From an uncultured Candidatus Entotheonella sp. (lineage in GTDB: Bacteria; Tectomicrobia; Entotheonellia; Entotheonellales; Entotheonellaceae), in contig CBDCDA010000001.1 in the NCBI GenBank assembly GCA_965215335.1, forward strand, positions 1,760,001-1,824,000: a stretch of 64,000 nt of DNA, read 5' to 3'. The position numbers and the translations under genes are program-made. Within the stretch, counting starts at the first letter, position 1; every line of letters starts with the position of its first letter. Positions 10,863-21,748 of the stretch are shown piece after piece. The notes under the pieces were generated by a model, which saw nothing but the letters and a program-made list of their open reading frames with translations, was not told where the DNA came from and did not search any database.

Positions 10863-12016
10863 GGCGCGCTCTCCTTTCTCCTGTCTGCCTCCGGCGAACA
10901 CGCGGCCCACGCCGGGTAGGCTTCCAGCATGACGTCGCCGCCGACCCGCTGGCTCGTGAGGTCCCGCAATGACAAGGCCCGTTCCATGGTATCGATCCCG
11001 CACGATGCGAAGACGCTGATGCCGTCGCCGCCAATGATTTTCGGTGCCACGAAAAATACCATTTTGTCGATCAGGCGCCGTTCAAGCAAGGCCGCCGTCA
11101 GCACCGCGCCGCCCTCCACAAGCACGCCGGCGACGCCGCGCTCGCCGAGAACCGTGCACAGGGCGTCCAGATCCACCCGGCCGTCGCCGCAAGCCGGCAG
11201 GCAAATCACCTCCACGCCGCGTTCCCGCAATGCCCGCTCCCTGGTATCAGCGGCCTGCTCGGTGGTGGCGATCAGGGTACGCCGGTCCTCCGCCACGTCT
11301 GCAACCTGCGCCCTTGGGGGCAGCCGCAGGGTGCTGTCAACCACGACGCGCAGCGGATTGGCGCCGCGCTGTCCCGGCAAGCGTGTGGTGAGCTGCGGGT
11401 CGTCCTGCAAGACGGTGCCGATGCCCACCATGATCGCATCGTTGGCATGCCGCATCTCATGCCCGGCGGCGCGCGCCGCCGGGCCGGTTATCCAGCGCGA
11501 GGCGCCGCTGCGGGTAGCGATTTTGCCGTCCAGGGTGATGGCGCTCTTGCTGGTGACAAAAGGCCGCCGCGTGGTGATGTACTTGACGAAGACCTCGTTG
11601 CGCCGCCGGGCCTCGGCTTCGCAGACGCCGAGGGTGACTTCAAGACCGGCGCTTTCGAGCCGGGACAGGCCGCCGCCGTCGACCCGCGGGTTCGGATCGC
11701 GCATGGCCATCACCACCCGTCCGATCCGCGCCCGCAGGATGGCGTCGACGCACGGGGGTGTCTTGCCCACGTGGCAGCACGGCTCCAGCGTGACGTAGAG
11801 AACCGCTCCCCTGGCTCGGCAGCCGGCCTCGCGCAGGGCGTGCACCTCGGCGTGCGGGCCGCCAAGACGCTGGTGATAGCCCCGTCCGACGACCTCGCCA
11901 TCCTTGACGACAACGCACCCCACCAACGGATTGGGGCTGACCCGGCCCGTGCCGCCGGCGGCCAGTTCCAGGGCGCTCTGCATATGCCGGACATCGGCGT
12001 CTGGATCAATCGTCAT
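10859..12016 (-). CDS. ribD: riboflavin biosynthesis deaminase/reductase
   Basis: [39 protein letters not shown]. Confidence 0.96.
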   Translation of the reverse strand: MTIDPDADVRHMQSALELAAGGTGRVSPNPLVGCVVVKDGEVVGRGYHQRLGGPHAEVHALREAGCRARGAVLYVTLEPCCHVGKTPPCVDAILRARIGRVVMAMRDPNPRVDGGGLSRLESAGLEVTLGVCEAEARRRNEVFVKYITTRRPFVTSKSAITLDGKIATRSGASRWITGPAARAAGHEMRHANDAIMVGIGTVLQDDPQLTTRLPGQRGANPLRVVVDSTLRLPPRAQVADVAEDRRTLIATTEQAADTRERALRERGVEVICLPACGDGRVDLDALCTVLGERGVAGVLVEGGAVLTAALLERRLIDKMVFFVAPKIIGGDGISVFASCGIDTMERALSLRDLTSQRVGGDVMLEAYPAWAACSPEADRRKESAP

Positions 12017-14669
12017 GCCAGGCGGACCCTTCCTCGGCGGCCAACGCTTCGCGCAACGCCGCCTGGGCCGCGGCCAGCCGGGCAATCGGCACCCGGAATG
12101 GCGAGCAACTGACGTAATCCATATCGACGCGATGACAAAACGCCACCGACAACGGCTCGCCGCCGTGCTCGCCGCAGATGCCGACCTTGAGATCGGGTCT
12201 TGCGCCTCGGCCGCGCTCGATTCCCATGTTGATCAGCTCTCCTACGCCCTCCTCGTCGAGCACGACAAAGGGATCGTGCTGCAGAATGCGGCGGTCGATG
12301 TAGGGCGGCAGGAACATGCCGGCGTCGTCGCGGCTCAGCCCCAGAGCGGTTTGCGTCAGGTCGTTGGTGCCGTATGAGAAGAACTCCGCCTCGCGGGCAA
12401 TGGCAGCGGCGGTGAGGACAGCCCGGGGCAGTTCGATCATGGTGCCGATGAGATACCTCAGCCGCACCCCCTGAGCCTGCATCACCTGCTCGGCCACGGC
12501 CTGCACGTGGCGCTTGACGATGGCCAGTTCCTCCACGTGGCCGACGAGCGGCACCATGATTTCGAGTTCCACCTCGATGCCCTCGCGCTTCAGCTCGCAG
12601 GCCGCTTCCATCGCGGCGCGCACCTGCATGCGGTAAATGTCGGGATCGGTAATTCCCAGGCGACAACCGCGGTGCCCGAGCATGGGGTTGGATTCCCGCA
12701 TGTCCTCCACCCGGCGGCGCACCTCGCGGGCCGGACGGCGCATGTAGGCCGCCAGCTCGCCGATTTCCTCCAGCGCCTGCGGCAGGAATTCGTGCAGCGG
12801 CGGGTCCAGCAGGCGGATGGTGACCGGCAGGCCGTGCATGATGCGCAGGATGGCCTTGAAGTCATCCTTCTGCATGGGCAGGATTTGCGCCAGGGCTTCC
12901 TGCCGAGTCTCGTCGGTGTTGGCTACGATCATCTGGCGCACCGCCATGAGCCGGTCTTCGGCGAAAAACATGTGCTCGGTGCGGCACAGGCCAATGCCCT
13001 CGGCGCCGAAGCGGCGGGCGATGTCGGCGTCCTCCGGCGTGTCGGCATTGCAGCGTACCCCGAGGCGACGAAAACCGTCGGCCCACTTCATCAACTCGGC
13101 GAAGTCCCCGCCAAGGTCGGCCTCGACCAGCGGCGCCTGCCCCAGGATGACCTGGCCGGTCGAGCCGTCCAGCGTCAGCGCGTCGCCGGCCTGGATCATC
13201 TGGTCACCGATACGGCAGTAGCCGGCGCTCTCGTCGATGACCAGAGCGCGGCAGCCGACGATGCAGCACTTGCCCATGCCGCGCGCCACCACCGCGGCGT
13301 GGCTGGTCATGCCGCCGCGCGCCGTCAGGATGCCTTGGGCGGCATGCATGCCGCGGATGTCCTCGGGCGACGTCTCGTTGCGGATGAGCAGGACACGGGC
13401 GCCGGTTTCCTGCCGCCGCACGGCGTCCTCGGCGGTAAACACGGCCTGGCCGCTCGCCGCTCCCGGCGATGCCGGCAGCCCCCGGCCCAGGACCTGCGGC
13501 GACGCCTGCGGGTCGATCATGGGGTGCAACAACTGGTCGATCTGCGCCGGTTGCACGCGCATCACCGCCTCGCGGCTGTCGATCAGCCCCTCGTGTACCA
13601 TCTCCACCGCGATGCGCACGGCGGCCGGCGCCGTGCGCTTGCCGGACCGTGTTTGCAACAGGTACAGGGTGCCATGCTGCACGGTGAACTCGATGTCCTG
13701 CATGTCGCGGTAATGCTGTTCCAGCCGCTGGCACACCTGCGTCAGCTCGGCATGAATGCCGGGGAAGCGATGGCGCAGCGCCATCAGCGGCTTCGGGTCA
13801 CGAATGCCGGCCACCACGTCCTCGCCCTGCGCGTTGGGCAGGAATTCGCCGAACAGGTATTTCTCGCCGCTCGACGGGTCGCGGGTGAACACCACCCCGG
13901 TGCCGGAATCCTCGCCGCGGTTGCCGAACACCATGGCCTGCACGTTCACCGCCGTGCCCCAGTCGTCGGGAATGCCGTGCAGGCGCCGGTAGGCGGCGGC
14001 ACGATCATTGTGCCAGGAGGCGAACACGGCATGGATGCCGAGCCGCAGCTGATCCCACGGCCGATGCGGGAAGGCCCGCCCGGTCACGTCCTGCACCCGC
14101 GCCTTCATCACGGCAACAAGGTCGCGCAGCGCCTCGGCGCTGAGTTCGTTGTCGCTGGTCACCCGGTGCTGCGTCTTGGCCTCGTCGAGCAGCGCCTCGA
14201 GCACGTCGTGCTGCACGCCCATCACCACGTTGCTGAACATGGTGACGAAACGGCGGTAGGAATCGTAGGCAAAACGCGGGTTGCCCGACGCGGCGCCGAG
14301 GGCCTCGACCGTCCGGTCGTTGAGGCCGATGTTGAGGACCGTATCCATCATGCCCGGCATGGAATCGCGGGCGCCCGAGCGCACCGACAGCAGCAGGGGG
14401 TTGTTCGGCCCGCCGAACGTTGCGCCCACCGAGCGCTCGACGCATCCCAGGGCCGTCAGCACCTCGTCCCACAGGCCGTCGGGGTAGCGATTGCCCAAGG
14501 CGTAGTAGGCCAGGCAGGCCGCCGTTGACAGGGTGAAGCCAGGCGGCACGCGAATGCCCAGGGTGGTCATTTCGGCAAGCCCGGCGCCCTTGCCGCCCAG
14601 CAGGTTGCGCCAGTCGCCCCGGCCCTCGGCCGTGCCGTCCGCGAACAGGTAAACGTACTTCTCAGGCAT
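12006..14669 (-). CDS. ppdK: pyruvate, phosphate dikinase
   Basis: LLGGKGAGL, SVRSGARDSMPGMMDT, GGMTSHAAVVARG (phospho-His), GICGEHGG. Confidence 0.97.
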   Translation of the reverse strand: MPEKYVYLFADGTAEGRGDWRNLLGGKGAGLAEMTTLGIRVPPGFTLSTAACLAYYALGNRYPDGLWDEVLTALGCVERSVGATFGGPNNPLLLSVRSGARDSMPGMMDTVLNIGLNDRTVEALGAASGNPRFAYDSYRRFVTMFSNVVMGVQHDVLEALLDEAKTQHRVTSDNELSAEALRDLVAVMKARVQDVTGRAFPHRPWDQLRLGIHAVFASWHNDRAAAYRRLHGIPDDWGTAVNVQAMVFGNRGEDSGTGVVFTRDPSSGEKYLFGEFLPNAQGEDVVAGIRDPKPLMALRHRFPGIHAELTQVCQRLEQHYRDMQDIEFTVQHGTLYLLQTRSGKRTAPAAVRIAVEMVHEGLIDSREAVMRVQPAQIDQLLHPMIDPQASPQVLGRGLPASPGAASGQAVFTAEDAVRRQETGARVLLIRNETSPEDIRGMHAAQGILTARGGMTSHAAVVARGMGKCCIVGCRALVIDESAGYCRIGDQMIQAGDALTLDGSTGQVILGQAPLVEADLGGDFAELMKWADGFRRLGVRCNADTPEDADIARRFGAEGIGLCRTEHMFFAEDRLMAVRQMIVANTDETRQEALAQILPMQKDDFKAILRIMHGLPVTIRLLDPPLHEFLPQALEEIGELAAYMRRPAREVRRRVEDMRESNPMLGHRGCRLGITDPDIYRMQVRAAMEAACELKREGIEVELEIMVPLVGHVEELAIVKRHVQAVAEQVMQAQGVRLRYLIGTMIELPRAVLTAAAIAREAEFFSYGTNDLTQTALGLSRDDAGMFLPPYIDRRILQHDPFVVLDEEGVGELINMGIERGRGARPDLKVGICGEHGGEPLSVAFCHRVDMDYVSCSPFRVPIARLAAAQAALREALAAEEGSAWHDD

Positions 14670-15921
14670 GACGCCTCCCAGGCGCATCGGGGCCATCGAG
14701 ATGGAATGCGGCGTGCAGAACCCGCACCGCCAACTCGGCGTACTTGTCAGCGATGACGCACGAAATTTTGATTTCGGAGGTGCTGATCATCACGATGTTG
14801 ATGTTTTCCGCCGCCAAGGCGCGGAACATGCGCGCTGCCACGCCGGCGTGGCTCTGCATGCCGACGCCGACGATCGACACCTTGGCAATGCCGCTCTCCA
14901 GGGTGACGCCCTCGGCGCCGATTTCCGCCAGACTCTGGCGGGCGATGGTCAGCGTCTGGCGGGCGTCGGCGCGCGCCACCGTGAACGAAATGTCCGTCAG
15001 GCCGCCCGCGCTGGCGTTCTGAATGATCATGTCCACCACGATGCCTGCCTCGGCGATGCGCCCGAACAGACTGCCGGCGATGCCGGGCCGGTCGGGCAGG
15101 CGGGTCAGGCTGATCTTGGCCTGGTTGCTGTCCGACGTGACGCCGGTAACGACCACGCGCTCCATATCCTGATCGGGTCTGGTGACCAAGGTCCCACTTC
15201 CTTCGGCAAATGACGATTTGACCCACAACGGCACATCGTGCGCCTTGGCGAACTCGACGGCGCGGGCCTGCAGCACCTTGGCGCCCAGGCGCGCCATTTC
15301 GAGCATTTCGTCGTAGGAAACGCGGTCCAGGCGGCGGGCCTGCGGCACCAGGCTGGGGTCGGCGGTATATACCCCGTCCACGTCGGTATAAATTTCGCAG
15401 CTGTCGGCCTTGAGAGCCGCGGCCAGGGCCACCGCGGTGAGATCGGAGCCGCCGCGCCCCAGGGTCGTGAGTTCGTCGCTTTCGCTGATACCCTGAAAAC
15501 CGGCGACCACCGGAATGACCCCGGCAGACAGGTCGCGCTGCAGGCGTGTGGTGGCGATGCTGCGAATACGGGCGTGCGTGTGGGTGCCGTCGGTAACGAT
15601 GCCCCCCTGCATGCCGGTGAAGGAACGGGCCGCACAGCCGGCTTCTTGCAGGGCCATGGCGACCAGGGCAATGGACACCATTTCGCCGGTAGCGAGGAGC
15701 ATGTCGACTTCGCGTGCCGCCGGCATCGTGGTGATCTCCTGCGCCATGCCGAGCAGGCGATCGGTCTCGCCGGCCATGGCCGACACGACCACCACCACCT
15801 GGTTGCCGGCTCGATGCACACGCCGCACGCGCTCGGCGAGCGCCCGGATGCGGTCCACATTCCCCACCGAGGTGCCGCCGTATTTCTGTACGACAAACCC
15901 CGCGTTCGCCACGCCCGTCAC
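14662..15921 (-). CDS. lysC: aspartate kinase
   Basis: VQKYGGTSVG, TTLGRGGSD, IYTDVDG, C-terminal ACT domains (STSEIKIS). Confidence 0.96.
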   Translation of the reverse strand: MTGVANAGFVVQKYGGTSVGNVDRIRALAERVRRVHRAGNQVVVVVSAMAGETDRLLGMAQEITTMPAAREVDMLLATGEMVSIALVAMALQEAGCAARSFTGMQGGIVTDGTHTHARIRSIATTRLQRDLSAGVIPVVAGFQGISESDELTTLGRGGSDLTAVALAAALKADSCEIYTDVDGVYTADPSLVPQARRLDRVSYDEMLEMARLGAKVLQARAVEFAKAHDVPLWVKSSFAEGSGTLVTRPDQDMERVVVTGVTSDSNQAKISLTRLPDRPGIAGSLFGRIAEAGIVVDMIIQNASAGGLTDISFTVARADARQTLTIARQSLAEIGAEGVTLESGIAKVSIVGVGMQSHAGVAARMFRALAAENINIVMISTSEIKISCVIADKYAELAVRVLHAAFHLDGPDAPGRRHA

Positions 15922-17237
15922 GCCTCCATGGCATCTTCGACGCGGATGCGGGTGGTCTCGCCCTGCACCGCCGGCAGGCTGGCGATCGCCTGAAGCGCTC
16001 GCTGCACGCTCTGCTCGCGCGCCTCGTGGGTCATCATGACGACGGAAACCGGTGTGCCCGGGGCGTGCGCCCGGCCCTTTTGCAGCACCGACTCGATGCT
16101 GATGGCGTGCCGGCCGAGGATGCCAGCGATGGCGGCCAGGGTGCCGGGCTGATCGAGCACCTGAAACCGCAGGTAGCAGCGGCAGACGACCTCGTCGATC
16201 TTTTGCAACGGGAGTTGCCGCAGGCTGCTTTCCTGGTAGCCGCGCGGCGGCACCCGCCCGCCGCTGCCCTGCAGAACGCTGCGCGCCACGTCCACCACGT
16301 CACCGACCACCGCGCTGCCGGTCGGCATGGCCCCGGCGCCGCGGCCGATCAGCATGCTGCGGCCCACGGCGTCGCCCTGAATAGATACCGCGTTGTGGAC
16401 ACCGTTCACGTGGGCCAGCCAACTGTCCAGCGCCACGAAGGCCGGGTGCACGCGCACGTCGAGTCGATTCCCAGCCATCTTGGCGAGTGCCAGCAGCTTG
16501 ACGCGGTAACCCAACTCGCTGGCATAGGCGACATCCAACCGACTGAGGCCGCCGATGCCCTCGGTGTAGACCTGTTCGTGCGGCACCCACGAGCCGAAGG
16601 CCAGCGAGGCGAGCAGGGCGATCTTCTGCGCAGCGTCGATCCCCGCGATGTCGAAATGTGGCTCGGCCTCGGCGTACCCCAGGGCTTGTGCATTCTTCAG
16701 GGCCTCGGCAAAATCGAGGTCTTCGTCGCTCATCCGGCTCAGGATGTAGTTGCAGGTGCCGTTGATGATGCTGGCGATGGCACCGAAGCGGTTGGCGACA
16801 AAGCCTTCCCTGATGGCGCGGATCACCGGAATGCCGCCGCCGACGCTGGCCTCGAAGCCGATGTCGCGTCCCGCCGCGGCTGCCGCCTCGAAGAGTTCCT
16901 GCCCGTGTTCGGCCAGAAGCGCCTTGTTGGCCGTCACCACGTGCTTGCCGGCCCGCAGGGCCGCCAGCAGGTAGGTGCGCGCCGGCTCGTAGCCGCCTAT
17001 CAGCTCGACCACGATGTCGATTTCCGGATCGTGGATGACCGCCAGCGCGTCACCGGTCACCCGGTCCGCCGACAGCGGCACATCGCTCGGGCGCTCGGGG
17101 TGCCGCCGCGCGGCACGTTTCAGCACCAGGCGCGCGCCCAGCCGATGCGTGATCAGATCAGCCCGCTGCGCCAGGATGGTGGCCACGCCGCCCCCAACGT
17201 TTCCCAGACCGATGAGCCCTACCTGAATGGTCTGCAT
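15918..17237 (-). CDS. hom: homoserine dehydrogenase
   Basis: GLIGLGNVG, VVTANKA, FEASVGGGIP, NGTCNYIL, C-terminal ACT; start ATG 17237. Confidence 0.96.
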   Translation of the reverse strand: MQTIQVGLIGLGNVGGGVATILAQRADLITHRLGARLVLKRAARRHPERPSDVPLSADRVTGDALAVIHDPEIDIVVELIGGYEPARTYLLAALRAGKHVVTANKALLAEHGQELFEAAAAAGRDIGFEASVGGGIPVIRAIREGFVANRFGAIASIINGTCNYILSRMSDEDLDFAEALKNAQALGYAEAEPHFDIAGIDAAQKIALLASLAFGSWVPHEQVYTEGIGGLSRLDVAYASELGYRVKLLALAKMAGNRLDVRVHPAFVALDSWLAHVNGVHNAVSIQGDAVGRSMLIGRGAGAMPTGSAVVGDVVDVARSVLQGSGGRVPPRGYQESSLRQLPLQKIDEVVCRCYLRFQVLDQPGTLAAIAGILGRHAISIESVLQKGRAHAPGTPVSVVMMTHEAREQSVQRALQAIASLPAVQGETTRIRVEDAMEA

Positions 17238-17260
17238 GGGTTTTCCGGTCTCCCGTGCTG

Positions 17261-18442
17261 TCACAGCAGCCCGCGCAGCCCGCGCAGGGCCTGACGGGTG
17301 CGGTGGGCGTTCTCTACCAGCGCAAAGCGCACGTGAGCGTTGCCGCCCGCGCCGAATCCGATGCCGGGCGCCACCGCCACCTTGGCCCGATGCAGCACAT
17401 GTTTGGCGAACTCCAGCGATCCCATGGCCTGATACGCCTCGGGGATCCTGGCCCACACGAACATCGTGCCCTGCGGTTTCGCCACCGGCCAGCCGATACG
17501 CTGCAACCCGTCGACCAGCGTGTTGCGCCGCTGGCAGTAATTCTCGCAGATCGCTTTGGCCTCTTCCGTCAACTCGTTCAACGCCACCGTGCTGGCGATC
17601 TGTATCGGCTGGAAGATCCCGTAGTCCAGGTAGCTCTTGATCTTGCGCAATGCTCCCACCAGATCCGGATTGCCCAGGGCAAAGCCGACGCGCCAGCCGG
17701 GCATATTGAAGCTCTTCGACAGCGAGAAAAATTCAATGCCGACCTCGATAGCCCCCGGCGCCTGCAGCAGACTGGGCGCCTGGTAGCCGTCGAAGACGAG
17801 GTCGGCGTAGGCAAAATCGTGCACCACGATCAGCCCCGTGCGGCGCGCGAAATCCACCACCTGGGCGAAAAAGTCGAGATCGACGCATACCGTCGTCGGG
17901 TTGTGCGGGAAGTTGAGCACCAGGATTTTCGGGCGCGGCCGGTGCCGTTCGCAGGTCGCTTTCAGACTCTCAAGCAGGTGCGCCGGGGAGGTAAACGGCA
18001 CGGGCAGGATGTCGCCGTTGGCAAACACCGGGCCATACATGTGGATGGGGTAGGCCGGGGTCGGCACCAGCACCACGTCGCCGGGATTGACGATGGCCCA
18101 CATAAGGTGCGCGAAGCCTTCCTTGACGCCGATGGTCGCCACCACGTTGTTGTCGCTATCGACGTCAACGCCGAACCGCCGCCGGTAGTAGTCCGCGATG
18201 GCCAGGCGGAGCTTGCCGATGCCGCGAGAGGCCGAGTAACGGTGGTTGTGGGGCCTTCGGACTGCCTCGCACAGCTTGTCGATGACGGGTTGGGGCGGCG
18301 GGTCGCTGGGGTTGCCCATGCCGAAATCGATGATGTCCTCACCGGCGCGGCGTGCGGCGAGCTTGAGTTCGTCAACGATGGCGAAAACGTAGGGGGGGAG
18401 GCGGTCGATGCGTTCGAAGTGCGGGCTGTCCTGCGTTTTCAA
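17261..18442 (-). CDS. class I/II PLP aminotransferase (AlaC-like)
   Basis: LPPYVF, DFGMGNP, NFPHNPT, HDFAY, SLSKSFNMPGWRVG, YLDYG. Confidence 0.88.
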   Translation of the reverse strand: MKTQDSPHFERIDRLPPYVFAIVDELKLAARRAGEDIIDFGMGNPSDPPPQPVIDKLCEAVRRPHNHRYSASRGIGKLRLAIADYYRRRFGVDVDSDNNVVATIGVKEGFAHLMWAIVNPGDVVLVPTPAYPIHMYGPVFANGDILPVPFTSPAHLLESLKATCERHRPRPKILVLNFPHNPTTVCVDLDFFAQVVDFARRTGLIVVHDFAYADLVFDGYQAPSLLQAPGAIEVGIEFFSLSKSFNMPGWRVGFALGNPDLVGALRKIKSYLDYGIFQPIQIASTVALNELTEEAKAICENYCQRRNTLVDGLQRIGWPVAKPQGTMFVWARIPEAYQAMGSLEFAKHVLHRAKVAVAPGIGFGAGGNAHVRFALVENAHRTRQALRGLRGLL

Positions 18443-18462
18443 AAACTCGACTCCTAGCCGCC

Positions 18463-19128
18463 TCAGTCCCTCGTGAGCATCGCGTCCGGCGTCCCCAGTT
18501 TCTCCAGCGTCAGATTAGCCGTGGCACGGTCGGCAAATTTGCCGACTTTGACCCGGTACCACAACGGTTGACCCGGGGCCTCAAACGGGTGGACATAGGC
18601 ACGGTAACCTTTCCTGGTTAGCTCCTCGATAAGGCGTTCGGCGCGCTCCGGGGCGAGAAAGCTTGCCACTTGGACACTATAAGTTGCCACCACTGACTCA
18701 TCGGTGACCAAAGAGAAAGCGTTGGCCGGGTCCGATTCCTGCGGGTCCAGGCTTGTTTCTCGCGCCATGACAGCGGGTGCCGGAGACATTGGAATCGAGG
18801 CTGGTTCCGGCGCCCGAATCGTTCCAGTCACCGGAATCATTTTGGCCGGCTGTGTCAGCGCATCGTAAAAGGTCAGCGATTCTTCTTCCCATGCAGCGCT
18901 CGAAACCTGCTCTTGCCCTGAAGACCCGACGGTTGGCGGTTTTTTGACAGCGTAAGGGCTGATCTGCTCGCTGGCCTTGTACCCCATGCCGACGATGAAC
19001 CCGGCACCGAACACGACCATGCATCCGACCAGCGACACGCAAGACACCAATCCGATATGCTTTGGCTTCACATAGAACCCGGCGCGCCATCCACCGCGGG
19101 GTACCTGTTTGGCTGTATGTTCCACCAT
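18463..19128 (-). CDS. SPOR-domain membrane protein (cell division/peptidoglycan binding)
   Basis: N-terminal TM, LTFYDAL motif, C-terminal YSVQVASF...WYRVKVG; follows argS. Confidence 0.85.
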   Translation of the reverse strand: MVEHTAKQVPRGGWRAGFYVKPKHIGLVSCVSLVGCMVVFGAGFIVGMGYKASEQISPYAVKKPPTVGSSGQEQVSSAAWEEESLTFYDALTQPAKMIPVTGTIRAPEPASIPMSPAPAVMARETSLDPQESDPANAFSLVTDESVVATYSVQVASFLAPERAERLIEELTRKGYRAYVHPFEAPGQPLWYRVKVGKFADRATANLTLEKLGTPDAMLTRD

Positions 19129-19155
19129 GCTGGTCTCCAGTCAGAGCGAGAGGGG

Positions 19156-20892
19156 TTACATCGCCTCAGGCGCAGGGACACCCAGAAGCTTCAATCCGTT
19201 ACAGAGGACCGTCCGCACCGCAGCGGTCAGGGCTACCCGCGCCACCGTCAGAGCCGTGGCGTCCGGCCGCAGAATACGCCGGCCGGGGTCCTTGTTGCCG
19301 CGCGTCCAATAGCTGTTGAAATCGGCGGCAATGGCGAGCAGGTGCTGCGCCACCACCGAAGGCTCCCACGTTCGCGCCGCTTCCGTCACGGCGGCAGGAT
19401 AGGCCGCGAGTTTGCGTACCAGGGCGCGTTCTTCCGGCTGCTGCAACAGCTCGTACAACGGCTCGATGCCGGCGGTTTCCGGTGCCGCCGCCAGCACGCT
19501 GGCACAGCGTGCCTGTGTGTACTGCATGTACGGCCCGGTTTCTCCCTGCGGGTTGAGAATGGCTTCCTGATCGAACTTCACGTCACGTGCCCGGCGGTTC
19601 TTGAGATCGTTGAAGATCACCGCGCCGATGCCGACCTGCTGCGCCACCAGCTCGGCATCGGACAGGTCCGGATTGCTCGCCGCCATCTTCTCGCGCGCCA
19701 TGCGGATGGCCGCCTCCAGGACGGTTTTGAGCAGCGAGGCGTTCCCCTGCCGGGTGGAGCCCTTTTCCCACTTGCCGCTCGCCGGGTTGCGTTGCAGCAC
19801 AAGACCGAAGGGAACATGATGACAGTGCGCCGCCCACTCGAAACCGGCGAGATCCAGAACCTTGAACAACTGCGCAAAGTGCAGGCTCTGCCCCATGTCC
19901 ACGACGTACAGGCAGGTATCGAAGCGCCACTCGCGCCTGCGGTAGAGCACCGTCGCCAGGTCGCGCGTGCTGTACAGGGTAGCGCCATCCTGTTTTTTGA
20001 GCAAACACGGCGGCATGTCGTAGTCCGACAGATCGACCACCAGGGCGCCTCGACTCTCGGTCAGCAAGCCACGCGCCCGCAATTCGGCAAGGGCGTCGTC
20101 CATGTACGGCTCGAAGAAGGACTCGCCCAGGGTGTGCTCGAACGACACGCCGAGCAGGTCGTAGACTTTGTCGAACTCGGCCAGCGACACGTCGACGAAC
20201 CGGCGCCAGTGCGCGCGCGCCTGCGGGTCACCCGCCTCCAGGCGCTGGAACCAGCGCCGGCCCGCGGCGGCGAAGTCGGCATCGGCCCTGGCTTCGTTGT
20301 GCGCCCGCACATACAGGGCGTTGAGCTGTACGATGTCCTCGACGGGCGCCGCATCGTCCCATCCGAAGCGCTCGTAGGCGGCGATGAGCAACCCGAACGG
20401 CGTGCCCCAATCGCCCAGGTGGTTGTCGCCCTCGACCGTGTAGCCGCGCGCTTGCAGAATCTGCTTCAGGGCATGCCCGATCATGGTCGAGCGGATGTGA
20501 TGAAAGGCCAGTTCCTTGGCGATGTTCGGGCTGGAGTAATCGATCACCACCTTCTTGCCGCGCCCCTCGTCCCCGTAGCCGTAGCGCTCCCCTTCGCGGG
20601 CGATGGTCTGCAGCACCTCGCGGCTGAGAATGTCGTCATCCAGCGTGAAGTTGAGGTAGGGTCCATGGGCAGCCACGGTGGCAACCGGGGCGGTGAGGAT
20701 GAGTTCCTGGGCGAGTTGGGCGGCGATTTGCTGCGGCGATTGGCGCCAAGCCTCGGCAAGGGTGAAACAGGGAAAGGCGAAATCACCCCATGCGGTTTCG
20801 GGAGGGATGCGCAGCATGGCGGCAATGGTCTCGGCGGGCTGCCCCAAGGACTCGGTGAGACACTTGGCAATGGCTTCTTTATAAGCCTCCAC
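19156..20892 (-). CDS. argS: arginine--tRNA ligase
   Basis: IDYSSPNIAK, NHLGDWG, DGATLYSTRD, GETGPYMQY, ends PEAM. Confidence 0.95.
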   Translation of the reverse strand: MEAYKEAIAKCLTESLGQPAETIAAMLRIPPETAWGDFAFPCFTLAEAWRQSPQQIAAQLAQELILTAPVATVAAHGPYLNFTLDDDILSREVLQTIAREGERYGYGDEGRGKKVVIDYSSPNIAKELAFHHIRSTMIGHALKQILQARGYTVEGDNHLGDWGTPFGLLIAAYERFGWDDAAPVEDIVQLNALYVRAHNEARADADFAAAGRRWFQRLEAGDPQARAHWRRFVDVSLAEFDKVYDLLGVSFEHTLGESFFEPYMDDALAELRARGLLTESRGALVVDLSDYDMPPCLLKKQDGATLYSTRDLATVLYRRREWRFDTCLYVVDMGQSLHFAQLFKVLDLAGFEWAAHCHHVPFGLVLQRNPASGKWEKGSTRQGNASLLKTVLEAAIRMAREKMAASNPDLSDAELVAQQVGIGAVIFNDLKNRRARDVKFDQEAILNPQGETGPYMQYTQARCASVLAAAPETAGIEPLYELLQQPEERALVRKLAAYPAAVTEAARTWEPSVVAQHLLAIAADFNSYWTRGNKDPGRRILRPDATALTVARVALTAAVRTVLCNGLKLLGVPAPEAM

Positions 20893-21000
20893 GGGGCTCC
20901 TTCACAGACCTGCTTGCGTGGTTGTCCAATCAGCGCTGACGGTGGTGGGAGCATACAACATAAAGGCTGGCATGAAAAGGCAGGGATGCGGACGCATCGC

Positions 21001-21744
21001 CTACAGAGACAGAAAGGGGTACGACCTGATTTCCCGGCCCAGACAGGTGGTCAGGTGGAGGTGCAGCAGACGCTCCAGCGCCTGCCGAGTGGCGGCGTCG
21101 GGCGCCGCGTCCGGCAAGGGAATGGGGCCCATCATGCGGCGCAGGTAGTCACAAGCCGCGCGACCGACCTTCAGGGTGTGCCGGGTGACGGCACAAGAAG
21201 CGCAAACCAGACCGCCGGCACGTGCATTATAGCTGCAGGCGCCGGGTGGCAGTTCCCGGCCGCAGTGGGCACACTCGCTGAGTTGCAGGGCATAGCCGCT
21301 GAGCGTCAGCAGGGACATTTCGAAGTGACGCAGGACCATTGGTGGTTCTGATGCCTGCCTGGCCCCCGCCAATGCTTCCAGAGCCTCGTCAAGCAGTGCG
21401 AAAAGCTCGGGCGCGGGCTGTCGATCCTGCGTGCTGATGTCGATGAGCTCGGTCATGTAGAGGCCGCAGCTCAGCAGGTTGAAATCCTCGTGCAGGGTGC
21501 GAAACGCCTGCACGATATCGACACTGCGGGTATGGTAGAGGGAGCGCGTCGGGCGCCCGTAGACGATGGCGTGCAGCCGCCTCAAGGGCTGGTAATGACC
21601 GGCGGTGCGGCTGTGGCCGCGGCGGTTGCGGCGAGCGACGACGCGCAGCTTGCCGAAATCCCGTGTGAACAGCACCACAATCTGGTCGGATTCCCCGATC
21701 TTGTACGTGCGCAGGACGAAGGCGTCACTACGGTATAACGACAT
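21001..21744 (-). CDS. recO: DNA repair protein RecO
   Basis: VLRTYKIGESDQIVVLFT, CxxC...CxxC zinc motif; follows era. Confidence 0.93.
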   Translation of the reverse strand: MSLYRSDAFVLRTYKIGESDQIVVLFTRDFGKLRVVARRNRRGHSRTAGHYQPLRRLHAIVYGRPTRSLYHTRSVDIVQAFRTLHEDFNLLSCGLYMTELIDISTQDRQPAPELFALLDEALEALAGARQASEPPMVLRHFEMSLLTLSGYALQLSECAHCGRELPPGACSYNARAGGLVCASCAVTRHTLKVGRAACDYLRRMMGPIPLPDAAPDAATRQALERLLHLHLTTCLGREIRSYPFLSL

Positions 21745-21748
21745 CCCT

